Source: Lachnospiraceae bacterium (GTDB taxonomy: Bacteria > Bacillota > Clostridia > Lachnospirales > Lachnospiraceae). From it: a stretch of DNA of 64,000 bases. Made by a program: the position numbers and the translations under genes. The notes beneath the pieces are model-generated. The model saw only the letters and a program-made list of their open reading frames with translations. It was not told the origin of the DNA and ran no database searches. Position 1 is the stretch's first letter. Every line of letters starts with the position of its first letter. The stretch spans positions 23,456 to 87,455 of the forward strand of contig JAGAPK010000047.1 of assembly GCA_017623295.1 (NCBI GenBank), read 5' to 3'. Below are positions 41,279-50,776 of the stretch, in pieces.

Positions 41279-41321
41279 ATATCACAACTATATGAAATGT
41301 CAATCAGAAAGTATCAATTTA

Positions 41322-42171
41322 CTATTTTTTCTTCTTTTTGCTTAAATATATACTCAAGAAAACTGCAATAATTACAACAGCAGCTATAATTATATCTATA
41401 ACTAAATATGTAGTCGGAATTGCAATTTCAGATGTTTCTAATACTTCATTACATTCCATACATCTTACTTCTTTCTGACCTTTGGAAATAAGTGTTGGCT
41501 CTTTTACAGTTACTTCTTCACCCTGAGTATGTCCTGTCGCCGGAATTTCTTCTTGTCTTAATGTCTTGTGACATACCTTGCAAGCATAATTCTGAATACC
41601 TGTTTCCGTACAAGTTGGCTGTTTCTCTTTTGTGGTAGCAATTTCTTCATGTCCGGTTGCTTCAATTACTTCGGTGTAAGTATCATCACAAAGAGTACAA
41701 GTAAAAGTTTTTTCGCCATCTAATTCACAGGTTGGCTCTTTTGTAATTTCTTCTTTGTAATCATGACCTGTTGCTTCAACTGGTTCTGTATAAGAATCGC
41801 CACAACTACAAGTATATGTTAAAACTCCCTCTTCGGTACAAGTAGGAGATGTTGTCATGTTAGCAGTATATTTATGTTCGTGCTTTGGTTCTTCTTTTGG
41901 TGTTTCGTTTATGCTTTCCTTTCTGTTGATTGAATCATTTGTTGTAGAACTATTCTGTAATGTACCATCCAGATTATAAGAAGGAGCACCACTTTTACCA
42001 ACCCCCCGTCGTTTTATAGTCATCCATGTTAATACCATACTGTTCCGCTAAACGCTTCCACTCTTCAATACACTCGTCTTGGGTATATGCTAAAACAGTT
42101 AATGAATTACTAACAAACATAACAAAAATTATTCCTATCGTTAAAATATTTTTTACTAATTGTTTTCTCAT
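41322..42171 (-). pseudogene. secreted, C-terminally anchored Cys/His-repeat surface protein, frameshifted at a G6 tract (42002-42007)
   Basis: GGAGG RBS and ATG 42171 give a signal peptide (MRKQLVK...TVLA); frame ends GGG GGT TGG TAA; removing one G fuses it to ORF 41322-42038 with PTC..G....C..C......ATGH repeats, TM helix and KKKKK. Confidence 0.8.
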
Positions 42172-42381
42172 AATATATCCTCCATGAATTATTTTTTATT
42201 CTTTTTTATAAATATATAATACACCATTGGTGTAATTTTGTCTTTTTTCGATACAAATTACACTTATTTTTACATTTAATTGTCTTACATACTTTTATAT
42301 TATCCCTAAATAAACTAAATTACAACATTTCACCATATTATTATACTTTTTGAAATAGAGTTTTGTATGGTATTCAAATAT

Positions 42382-42411
42382 AAAAAGCGCAACAAATTTA
42401 AATTGCTGCGC
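42382..42411 (-). terminator. intrinsic terminator after TIGR03936-like gene
   Basis: minus strand AGCGCAGCAA...TTGTTGCGCT followed by T tract. Confidence 0.75.
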
Positions 42412-42424
42412 TCAATCTTTTATA

Positions 42425-43147
42425 TTATTCCCCAACAGCCTCAAGCGGAACTAATTTTCTCGGCTTTCCTTCCTTCGCCAGGTTCGTATAGGTATCAACT
42501 CGCGTTATCTGATATGAGTAAGGTTCAAATTTCACATTACAGTAATCACAGAAAGCACCTAATACCATTGTCGGTTTGATGTTTCCGCTGCTGCTTGCAT
42601 CTACCAGCATATAAATCTCTGGTATCGCATCAGCCTTCACAACCTTCAACTCATAAATCCCCGGTTTTAAATCCAGTTCCAGAGTGCTTTTCTTCGTTTC
42701 TTTTGTTACAAGAATCTGCTCTTTTGCATAAAACTCCTGCAGTTTTTGTTCCATGTTTTCTATTGGAAAGATGCCTTCTTTGTAGGCAATTCGATAAGCG
42801 GCTGCCGCTACACTTGCCATTGCATTTTTAACTGTATCAGGAAGTACCGTAACCGATACAATTTCAATCCCCGGAACCATCGTCTGATTCAGCGCATTTT
42901 TCATATCTTCTGTGGTAGTTATGGAATTGACTTCGATATCCAGATATTCGCCCTGACTCTCAATGCCGACACCAAGCGGTGCTGCAAAGGACATAATCTG
43001 ATGTGGGCTGAAACCGCCGGAATAACGGATGTCTATATCCGCTCTGCGGATTGCCTTCTGGAAAAATCGCATAATATCCAGATGCCCGATAAACTTCATG
43101 GTGCCGTATTTGGCAAATTTAATTCTGATTTTGATTATCTGATTCAA
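42425..43147 (-). CDS. radical SAM-associated protein, TIGR03936/DUF2344 family
   Basis: KFIGHLD.MR, YS.GFSPH, SFA.PL.VG.ES.GEY; TTG start after GGAGG. Confidence 0.88.
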   Translation of the reverse strand: MNQIIKIRIKFAKYGTMKFIGHLDIMRFFQKAIRRADIDIRYSGGFSPHQIMSFAAPLGVGIESQGEYLDIEVNSITTTEDMKNALNQTMVPGIEIVSVTVLPDTVKNAMASVAAAAYRIAYKEGIFPIENMEQKLQEFYAKEQILVTKETKKSTLELDLKPGIYELKVVKADAIPEIYMLVDASSSGNIKPTMVLGAFCDYCNVKFEPYSYQITRVDTYTNLAKEGKPRKLVPLEAVGE

Positions 43148-45005
43148 AACATACACCTCCGCCAAATCTTCTTGCACCACAGCCCTGACACTTGCTTCTG
43201 CAGTTAGGGGATACGGTTTCGTTCATGGCTTTTTTCCATTCTCGTAATAAAAATTCTTTGGTTACACCGCAATCTAAGAAATCCCAAGGGAAAATCTCGT
43301 CTTCGCTTCGTTCTCTTGTCGTATAAAATGCAGGGTCAACGCCACATTTCTCAAAGCAGTTCATCCACACATCATTATGAAAATATTCACTCCAGGAATC
43401 AAAAATACAGCCTTTTTCATAGGCTTTCAAAATGACATCAGCCACTTTTCTATCGCCTCTTGCGAAAATTCCTTCTAAAACGCTCACATCTGCTTCATGC
43501 CAGTTGTATTTGATACTCTTCTGGTTCAACTGTGCCATAATACCCTGTTTCGTCTGATATGCTTTCTCCAGAAACTCTTCCTTTGTGCACATTCTTGCCC
43601 ACTGGAACGGAGTAAACGGCTTTGGAATGAAGAATGATGTACTTGTTACAATCTGCACCTTCCCATTGACACGCTTGTCCTTCGGTACGGTCTCAAAAAA
43701 GGTAGCCGCAATTTTATTGGATAAATCACCAATACCTAAAATATCTTCTTCGGTTTCATTCGGAAGTCCTAACATAAAATATAATTTTACTCTTGTCCAG
43801 CCACCTTCAAAAGCAAGTGCCGCACCTTTTAAAATGACTTCCTCGGTCAACCCCTTATTGATAACATCACGAAGTCTTTGACTTCCGGCTTCCGGTGCAA
43901 ACGTCAGACTGCTTTTCTTCACATCCTGTACTTTACTCATCACATCCAATGAAAATGCATCGATTCGAAGGGATGGTAAAGAAATATTGATATGTTTTTC
44001 GTTGCAGTCATGAATCAGGAAATCCAAAAGTTCATTTAACTGTGAATAATCACTGGAACTTAAAGAACTCAAAGAAATTTCCTCATGTCCGGTGTTTTTC
44101 AGCATTTCTACGGCATATTTTTTCAACACTTCTACGTCGCGTTCTCTGACCGGACGATAAAGCTGCCCTGCCTGACAGAAACGGCAGCCTCGGATACAAC
44201 CACGCTGAATTTCCAAAACCACTCTGTCCTGAGTAACCTTAATAAACGGCACCACAGGCTTCATTGGATAGTGAGTATCGCTTACCTCCATGACAATTTC
44301 CTTCAAAATCGTGTCCGGTGCCTTATCATACAATTTCTTCCTGTCTTGAATCGTTCCGTCTTCTTTGTATTCCTCTTCATAAAAGCCCGGCACATAAATT
44401 CCCGGAATTTGAGATGCTTTCTGCAAAAATTCTAGACGGCTTCCACCAGATTTTTTGTTTTCTTTATAAACATCTAAAAGGTTACGATACTGGGTTTCAC
44501 CTTCGCCAATGTAAAATAAGTCAAAAAATGGTGCTATCGGTTCCGGATTGTAGCTGCATGGACCACCACCAATCACGATTGGCATATCTTCCCCTCTGTC
44601 TTTTGCCAGAAGTGGAATCTGCGCTAAATCAAGCACCTGCAAAATATTGGTGTAACACATTTCATACTGAATGGTGATTCCCAGAAAATCCATATCTTTA
44701 ATTGGTTCCTGTGACTCTAAACCAAACAATGGAATATTTTTCTCACGCATGATTTTATCCAAATCAACCCAAGGTGAATAAACACGTTCACACCACACAT
44801 CTTCCCATGCATTAAACATGCTATACAAAATCTGAATGCCTAAATGAGACATTCCGATTTCATAAACATCCGGAAAACACATAGCGAAACGAACATCTAT
44901 CTTATCTTTCTCTTTTATTACCGAATTTACTTCGTTTCCGATATAACGGGCGGGTTTTTCCACCTGCATCAATATTTCATCTGATAATGCCAGTTTTCTT
45001 GTCAT
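43119..45005 (-). CDS. B12-binding radical SAM protein, TIGR03960 family
   Basis: VEKPARYIG.E, FPDVYEIGMS, CxxxCxxC (CIRGCRFC), FAPEAG; C-terminal Cys cluster. Confidence 0.92.
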   Translation of the reverse strand: MTRKLALSDEILMQVEKPARYIGNEVNSVIKEKDKIDVRFAMCFPDVYEIGMSHLGIQILYSMFNAWEDVWCERVYSPWVDLDKIMREKNIPLFGLESQEPIKDMDFLGITIQYEMCYTNILQVLDLAQIPLLAKDRGEDMPIVIGGGPCSYNPEPIAPFFDLFYIGEGETQYRNLLDVYKENKKSGGSRLEFLQKASQIPGIYVPGFYEEEYKEDGTIQDRKKLYDKAPDTILKEIVMEVSDTHYPMKPVVPFIKVTQDRVVLEIQRGCIRGCRFCQAGQLYRPVRERDVEVLKKYAVEMLKNTGHEEISLSSLSSSDYSQLNELLDFLIHDCNEKHINISLPSLRIDAFSLDVMSKVQDVKKSSLTFAPEAGSQRLRDVINKGLTEEVILKGAALAFEGGWTRVKLYFMLGLPNETEEDILGIGDLSNKIAATFFETVPKDKRVNGKVQIVTSTSFFIPKPFTPFQWARMCTKEEFLEKAYQTKQGIMAQLNQKSIKYNWHEADVSVLEGIFARGDRKVADVILKAYEKGCIFDSWSEYFHNDVWMNCFEKCGVDPAFYTTRERSEDEIFPWDFLDCGVTKEFLLREWKKAMNETVSPNCRSKCQGCGARRFGGGVCFESDNQNQN

Positions 45006-45118
45006 TTTTTAGTAATTCCTTTTTCTTATCTGATTTTTCTTTGAAATTATTTATATAGATATATTAAGGATAATTTATCCTATTAAAATATTTGCTTATC
45101 TAAGATAGTATATCGAAT

Positions 45119-45523
45119 TTACTTTTCAAAATCAAGTTGAAGCAGTTCGGATAGCTGTGTTGCCACGTCACCACTTTGTGTAGCTTCATAAACCTGGAAA
45201 TAATCTTCTGAAATCATCCCATAAACATCATTCATGGAATACCCAAAAATCTTATATCCACCGGCATCACATAGTAAAAATGCCACAAAGAGCATAATTG
45301 CTGCCGCCATACGAAATTTGAAAGTCCCTTCTGTTATTTGTGGCTCCATATTTTCCACATTTCCTTCATTTCTCTCCCATGAGGGTAGAGTATTCTCTTC
45401 TCCATACAAGATTTTCTCCCGCTGTCTGATTTTCATGCGATTCCCCATATTTTCTTCCCGGATATATTGGGCAAGTTCCATCTTTTTCTCAATCGGAACT
45501 TTATTATCCTGCACATCTTTCAT
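45119..45523 (-). CDS. hypothetical membrane protein, possibly sporulation-related
   Basis: GGAG RBS before ATG 45523; single TM; CATACAAT box upstream (45559-66). Confidence 0.6.
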   Translation of the reverse strand: MKDVQDNKVPIEKKMELAQYIREENMGNRMKIRQREKILYGEENTLPSWERNEGNVENMEPQITEGTFKFRMAAAIMLFVAFLLCDAGGYKIFGYSMNDVYGMISEDYFQVYEATQSGDVATQLSELLQLDFEK

Positions 45524-45577
45524 ATTTTTCTCCATGCAAAACTGCTTGCTCTTACAGCATTGTATGAAAATGCAGAC

Positions 45578-45608
45578 AAAAAAAGAACGTGCCACTATTG
45601 ACACGTTC
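45578..45608 (-). terminator. his operon terminator
   Basis: GAACGTGTCA-atag-TGGCACGTTC then T7 on minus strand. Confidence 0.85.
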
Positions 45609-45614
45609 ATCTAT

Positions 45615-46895
45615 TTATCTTCTGGCAAGTTCTGTGGTAATTTCTTCCCATGAGATATTTTTCTCCACCATAAGAACCATCATATGATACAGAAAATCAG
45701 AAATTTCATATTTCACTTCGTTTCTATTTGGATTCTTCGCCGCAATTACAATTTCGGTTGCTTCTTCACCAAGTTTCTTTAAAATCTTATCTAAGCCTTT
45801 GTCAAACAGATAATTGGTGTAAGAACCGTCTTTCGGATGGATTTTTCTATCCTGGATTACCTCGTATACCTGTTCAAACACCTTAATCGGGTTGGTCTCT
45901 TCGTAATCTTTCGCCATAATTTCATTAAAGAAGCAGGAATGAGAACCGGTATGACAAGCTGCTCCAATCTGGGAAACCTTTGCAAGAATTGTATCTTTAT
46001 CACAATCCGCTGTTAAGGATTTCACATACTGATAGTGTCCGCTTGTATCTCCTTTAATCCAGAGTTCATCACGGCTTCGGCTGTAATAAGTCATCTTGCC
46101 TGTCTTGATGGTCATATTGTAAGCTTCCTCGTTCATGTAAGCAACCATCAGCACTTCATCTGTTTTATAATCCTGTACGACAACCGTTACATGTCCATCG
46201 GAATTTAATTTGAATTCTTCCCATGCAATTTTCGCTTCGAAAGTATTTACCGAAATACCATTGGACTGACACAAAGATTTAATTGCCAACAATTCTTTGG
46301 CATTTTCGTTGATGGCATAACCGGAAATACCACAAATATTATCCCTGGAAAGGAGTTCTAATATCTTATCCAGAGAAACTTCCGGTACGGATACAATCAT
46401 CGGGAATCTGGAAATCATAATAGCATCTTTGATGCCTTTTTCCTTTACCAGAATGAGTTCGTCCACATATGCTTCAATCAAAGCTTCGTTTTCTATAATT
46501 TCGCCCGGTTCTGTAATGCAGGCAACAATTTTATCTTTTCCAAATTTCTTGGAAACCTCTGCTGTAATTTCAATATTGCCTTCTTTGGAATAATTAAGTG
46601 CCGCCTTTTTACAGCCAGCATAAAGTAACTTCTTAATATCTTCCATGCGATGTACGTTTCCGGCACCAATAACCGGAATTTCTGCTTCTGCACAGATATC
46701 CTTGATAATATCCAGTGCTTCCTCATGCTCTGCATCGCCTTCTGACAAATCATAAACAATCAGCTCATCCGCATTGTTGTCACTGTAATATTTAGCAAGT
46801 GCTACCGGATTCGTATCTAAAATCGTTTTATCATTAAAGTCTTTTACTGCATTTCCCTTGTATAGATAAATGCAGGGAATCAACTGTTTGTACAT
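45615..46895 (-). CDS. hisIE: HisIE bifunctional enzyme fused to an N-terminal HisA/HisF-like barrel
   Basis: HisI: YSRSR.ELW.KG.TSG, DCDKD, ACHTG; HisE: SYT.YLF, KK.GEEA.E, DFLYH; N-terminal ~215 aa HisF-like. Confidence 0.9.
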   Translation of the reverse strand: MYKQLIPCIYLYKGNAVKDFNDKTILDTNPVALAKYYSDNNADELIVYDLSEGDAEHEEALDIIKDICAEAEIPVIGAGNVHRMEDIKKLLYAGCKKAALNYSKEGNIEITAEVSKKFGKDKIVACITEPGEIIENEALIEAYVDELILVKEKGIKDAIMISRFPMIVSVPEVSLDKILELLSRDNICGISGYAINENAKELLAIKSLCQSNGISVNTFEAKIAWEEFKLNSDGHVTVVVQDYKTDEVLMVAYMNEEAYNMTIKTGKMTYYSRSRDELWIKGDTSGHYQYVKSLTADCDKDTILAKVSQIGAACHTGSHSCFFNEIMAKDYEETNPIKVFEQVYEVIQDRKIHPKDGSYTNYLFDKGLDKILKKLGEEATEIVIAAKNPNRNEVKYEISDFLYHMMVLMVEKNISWEEITTELARR

Positions 46896-46922
46896 TTATT
46901 TTGTCCTCATTTCAACACACTT

Positions 46923-47510
46923 TTAAAGGCTGCCCTTTGTACTTAATACGTCTTTGATTCGTTCGTCTTTGGAAACCGCTTCATCCAAAGCTTTTGCAAA
47001 AGCCTTGAACATCGCTTCAATCATGTGGTGTGCATTGTCCCCGGAAAGCATTTTGATATGGATATTCATACCCGCACTATAAGAGACTGCATAGAAAAAT
47101 TCTTTTACCAGTTCGGTATCCAGTCCACCTACTTTTTCTACCGGAAATTCACAATCAAAACCAAGATACGGTCTGCCACATAAATCTACGGCACACAGAC
47201 AAAGCGCATCATCCATTGGTAAAATAAAGGAACCGTAACGTTTGATTCCGGCCTTATCACCAACAGCTTCCTTGATGGCATTTCCAAGAACAATACCAGT
47301 ATCTTCCACAGTATGGTGTCCGTCTACTTCCAAATCACCGTTGACTGATACAGTCAAGTCAAAAAATCCATGTTTTGCAAAACCTTCTAACATATGATCA
47401 AAGAAACCAATGCCTGTTTCTACCTTACTTTTTCCCATTCCGTCCAGCAAAAGTTCCATAGAAATATCAGTTTCTTTTGTTTTACGATTTACATTTGCTT
47501 TTCTTGCCAT
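46923..47510 (-). CDS. hisB: imidazoleglycerol-phosphate dehydratase
   Basis: RKTKET, FFDHML, HHTVED, N.HHMIEA.FK. Confidence 0.97.
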   Translation of the reverse strand: MARKANVNRKTKETDISMELLLDGMGKSKVETGIGFFDHMLEGFAKHGFFDLTVSVNGDLEVDGHHTVEDTGIVLGNAIKEAVGDKAGIKRYGSFILPMDDALCLCAVDLCGRPYLGFDCEFPVEKVGGLDTELVKEFFYAVSYSAGMNIHIKMLSGDNAHHMIEAMFKAFAKALDEAVSKDERIKDVLSTKGSL

Positions 47511-47564
47511 AATAACCCCTTTCGCTTATTCATGATTCACGCAATCCATTTTTGTATAAGCGTC

Positions 47565-48863
47565 TTATTTATTTTCTTGAAATCTGACTTTAATGGAATT
47601 AGCGTGTGCTGTCAGGCCTTCTTTTTCTGCAAATAACTCAATATCCTTGTGTGCTTTCTCAAGCGCCTCTCTGGAATAAGAAATAATGCTTGTTTTCTTC
47701 ATAAAATCATCTACATTCAGTGGTGAGAAGAATTTTGCTGTTCCGTTGGTTGGTAAAATGTGGTTTGGTCCTGCATAATAGTCACCAAGCGGTTCAGAAG
47801 AATACTCTCCAAGGAAAATAGCACCTGCATTCTCAATCTTTGTCATCACATTGTATGGATCTTTGGTCAGAATTTCAAGGTGTTCGGAAGCAATGGCATT
47901 TGCTGCTTCTATCGCATCCTCCATAGAATCTGCCAGAAGAATATAGCCATAATTATCCAAAGATTTCTGAATAATCTCAGCTCTGGATAATTCTTTTAAG
48001 AAGCCTTCAATTTCTACAGATACTTCTTTTGCTAACTTCTCACTTGTTGTAATTAAAATGGCACTTGCCAGTTCATCATGTTCTGCCTGTGATAACAAAT
48101 CTGCAGCTACATATCTTGGATTAGCTGTTTCATCGGCAATCACAAGAATTTCACTCGGTCCGGCAATGGAATCGATGCTGACATAGCCGAAACATGCTTT
48201 TTTCGCAAGCGCAACAAAAATGTTGCCCGGTCCGGTAATTTTATCTACCTTCGGAATACTTTCGGTTCCAAAAGCCATCGCTGCGATAGCCTGTGCCCCG
48301 CCTACTTTATATATTTCATCCACACCGGCAATCTTAGCCGCTACCAAAGTTCCCGGATTAACTTTACCATCTGCTCCTGCCGGTGTTGTCATAACAATCT
48401 TCTTAACGCCTGCAACTTTGGCCGGAATAACATTCATCAACACACTGCTTGGATAAGCTGCTTTACCACCTGGTACATACACACCGGAAACTGCGATTGG
48501 CAGAATTTTCTGTCCTAAAATTGAGCCGTCCGGTTTTGGGTCAATCCAGCTGTTATGTAACTGTTTTTTGTGGAAATCAAAAACATTGGCAGCGGATTTC
48601 TTCATTACTTCAATAAAAGCATCATCTGTTACCGAAAAAGCTTCTTCGATTTCAGCTTCCGTTACCTTGATATTTTCTTCACAAATATCCCATTTATCAA
48701 ATTTTTTCGTATATTCAAAAACTGCCTGATTGCCTTTTTCCCTGACATCAGCAATAATGCCTGCTACAATATCCTCATATTGTCCATAGTTGTTCGGACT
48801 TCTTTTCAAAAGGCTGTTTAATAAATCCTTCTGCGTTTCCGCAGTTAATTTTATGGTTTTCAT
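47565..48863 (-). CDS. hisD: histidinol dehydrogenase
   Basis: YVPGG, GGAQA, GPGN, AGPSE, SQAEHD, GPNHILPT. Confidence 0.97.
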   Translation of the reverse strand: MKTIKLTAETQKDLLNSLLKRSPNNYGQYEDIVAGIIADVREKGNQAVFEYTKKFDKWDICEENIKVTEAEIEEAFSVTDDAFIEVMKKSAANVFDFHKKQLHNSWIDPKPDGSILGQKILPIAVSGVYVPGGKAAYPSSVLMNVIPAKVAGVKKIVMTTPAGADGKVNPGTLVAAKIAGVDEIYKVGGAQAIAAMAFGTESIPKVDKITGPGNIFVALAKKACFGYVSIDSIAGPSEILVIADETANPRYVAADLLSQAEHDELASAILITTSEKLAKEVSVEIEGFLKELSRAEIIQKSLDNYGYILLADSMEDAIEAANAIASEHLEILTKDPYNVMTKIENAGAIFLGEYSSEPLGDYYAGPNHILPTNGTAKFFSPLNVDDFMKKTSIISYSREALEKAHKDIELFAEKEGLTAHANSIKVRFQENK

Positions 48864-48900
48864 TCTAGCTTCTCCTCCTGAATCATTGCACTTTTCACTG

Positions 48901-49545
48901 TTATAAGTGCGCGCGCAAATCATTTATCAGTTTCTTAATTCGCTCCGGTTCCATCTGCATACTTACCTGATTTACAATCATACGGGCAGAAAGTGGGCAA
49001 ATCTCTTCCAGCACTTCCAAGCCATTTTCCCTCAAAGTAGAGCCAGTTTCCACGATATCAACAATTACATCAGAAAGTCCAACAATCGGACCAAGTTCTA
49101 CCGAACCATTTAATTTGATGATATCTACCGTCTGATGCTTTTTATTATAAAAATAATCTTTTGCAATGTTTGGATACTTGCTGGCAACACGAATCATTTC
49201 ATGATGCTTTAAAAGTTCTTTGGCACTAGCCGGACCACAGACACACATACGGCACTTACCATAGCCTAAATCTAACACTTCATAAACGTGTCGATTTTCT
49301 TCCATAATGGTATCTTTTCCTACTACACCGATGTCTGCCGCACCATATTCTACATAAGTTGGTACATCCGGTCCTTTGGCAAGGAAAAATTTAAGTTTTA
49401 ATTCTTCGTTAACAAAAATCAGTTTTCTGGAATCCTTGTCTTTCATCTCTTCACAGGTAATTCCGATTTCTTCCAATAATTCCATTGTCTTATTGGCAAG
49501 TCTGCCTTTTCCTAAGGCAAAAGTCAAATATCTATCTTCACTCAT
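48901..49545 (-). CDS. hisG: ATP phosphoribosyltransferase, short form
   Basis: KGRL, DVPTYVE.G.AD.G, GSVEL.P, DIVETG.TL. Confidence 0.97.
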   Translation of the reverse strand: MSEDRYLTFALGKGRLANKTMELLEEIGITCEEMKDKDSRKLIFVNEELKLKFFLAKGPDVPTYVEYGAADIGVVGKDTIMEENRHVYEVLDLGYGKCRMCVCGPASAKELLKHHEMIRVASKYPNIAKDYFYNKKHQTVDIIKLNGSVELGPIVGLSDVIVDIVETGSTLRENGLEVLEEICPLSARMIVNQVSMQMEPERIKKLINDLRAHL

Positions 49546-49547
49546 GC

Positions 49548-50672
49548 TTAAAGCCTGCCTTTCTCTTCCGGTAAAAGTTCTACGTTTTTGCCTTCTGCAC
49601 GCAGAATTTTCGCCTGTTTCAACTGCTCTTTGAAGTTATCTTCACGATAATAAATCTGTACATGCTTCTTTGGCTGTGCAATCATAACATTCTGTCTGCT
49701 CATTGCCACTAACAAATCATCTACAACAACCATAAAACCGATTGCAGGCGCTTCTTTACCAAAACGACTAAGCAAGGTATCATAACGGCCGCCTTTTACG
49801 ATTGCATCACCCACACCGTAGGTATAGCCTTTGAAAATAATTCCAGTATAATAATTGTATTTACTAAGCATTGTTAAATCAAAAGAAACGTACTTTTCTA
49901 CGCCATAATCACAAAGCACCTGATATACTTTTTCCAGTCTCTCAATTGCCTGCAAGGATCGTTCGTTATGAACTGATTTTTTTGCATCTTCCAATGCATC
50001 TACAGAACCGAATAAGTCACTGGTTCTTAACAAAATTTCACGGTCTTTGGCATTTACATTTTTATGCGCTAACAATTCTTCGGCACCGAAGTAATTTTTG
50101 CCGGAAATAAGCTCACGAAGTTCCATTTCTGTTTCTTCATCTAATCCGGCTTGTGCACAGATTCCTTTAAAATATTCTACATTACCGATACTTACCTGAA
50201 AATCGGATAATCCTGCATGGTACAACGCTTCAATCGTCATAGCAATCATTTCTGCATCTGCCTGAACGGAATCATCACCAACAAGCTCTGCCCCCATCTG
50301 GGTAACTTCTTTTAATTTACCTTGCAATTCTGAAGTATTGGTAAAAGTGTTTCCCTGATAACAGAAACGAATCGGTACATTCTCATCCATAAAGTACTTC
50401 GCTGCACATCTGGCGATGGACGGGGTGAAATCCGGGCGAAGAACCAGGGTATTTCCTTCTTTATCGAAGAATTTATATAATTCCTTTGACGGAGTTGTTC
50501 CTACTTCTTTGGAAAAAACATCAAAAAATTCAAAGGTCGGTGTCTGAATATCACGATATCCGTACGCATGAACTTTCTCACGAAGCAGACGTTCTACTTC
50601 CATCTTTTTAGCTTTTTCATCTCCATAAATATCTCTGACACCTTCCGGTGTATGTACTAATTTCTTACTCAT
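49548..50672 (-). CDS. hisZ: ATP phosphoribosyltransferase regulatory subunit
   Basis: HisRS-like: PEGVRD, LRPDFT, YYTGIIF, GGRYD; adjacent to short hisG. Confidence 0.94.
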   Translation of the reverse strand: MSKKLVHTPEGVRDIYGDEKAKKMEVERLLREKVHAYGYRDIQTPTFEFFDVFSKEVGTTPSKELYKFFDKEGNTLVLRPDFTPSIARCAAKYFMDENVPIRFCYQGNTFTNTSELQGKLKEVTQMGAELVGDDSVQADAEMIAMTIEALYHAGLSDFQVSIGNVEYFKGICAQAGLDEETEMELRELISGKNYFGAEELLAHKNVNAKDREILLRTSDLFGSVDALEDAKKSVHNERSLQAIERLEKVYQVLCDYGVEKYVSFDLTMLSKYNYYTGIIFKGYTYGVGDAIVKGGRYDTLLSRFGKEAPAIGFMVVVDDLLVAMSRQNVMIAQPKKHVQIYYREDNFKEQLKQAKILRAEGKNVELLPEEKGRL

Positions 50673-50694
50673 ACTAGATTCCTTTACTTTCTTT

Positions 50695-50714
50695 CACTTT
50701 ATCGCTTTAAAGTG
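50695..50714. promoter_or_regulatory. HisR-type operator palindrome
   Basis: CACTTTA-TCGCTT-TAAAGTG, 22 bp upstream of hisZ. Confidence 0.75.
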
Positions 50715-50776
50715 TTACTTCGTTATCATAGTAGCACGTTAAAACATTTGTAGTATAGCGGAAATTATAACATTTG

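Noticed and set aside
41450-41880. Repeats in the surface protein as a CRISPR array or DGR repeat
   Set aside because: Degenerate in-frame protein repeats; no identical DNA repeats, cas genes or reverse transcriptase.
45524-45610. N-terminal extension of ORF 45119-45610
   Set aside because: Overlaps the his terminator; the RBS supports ATG 45523.
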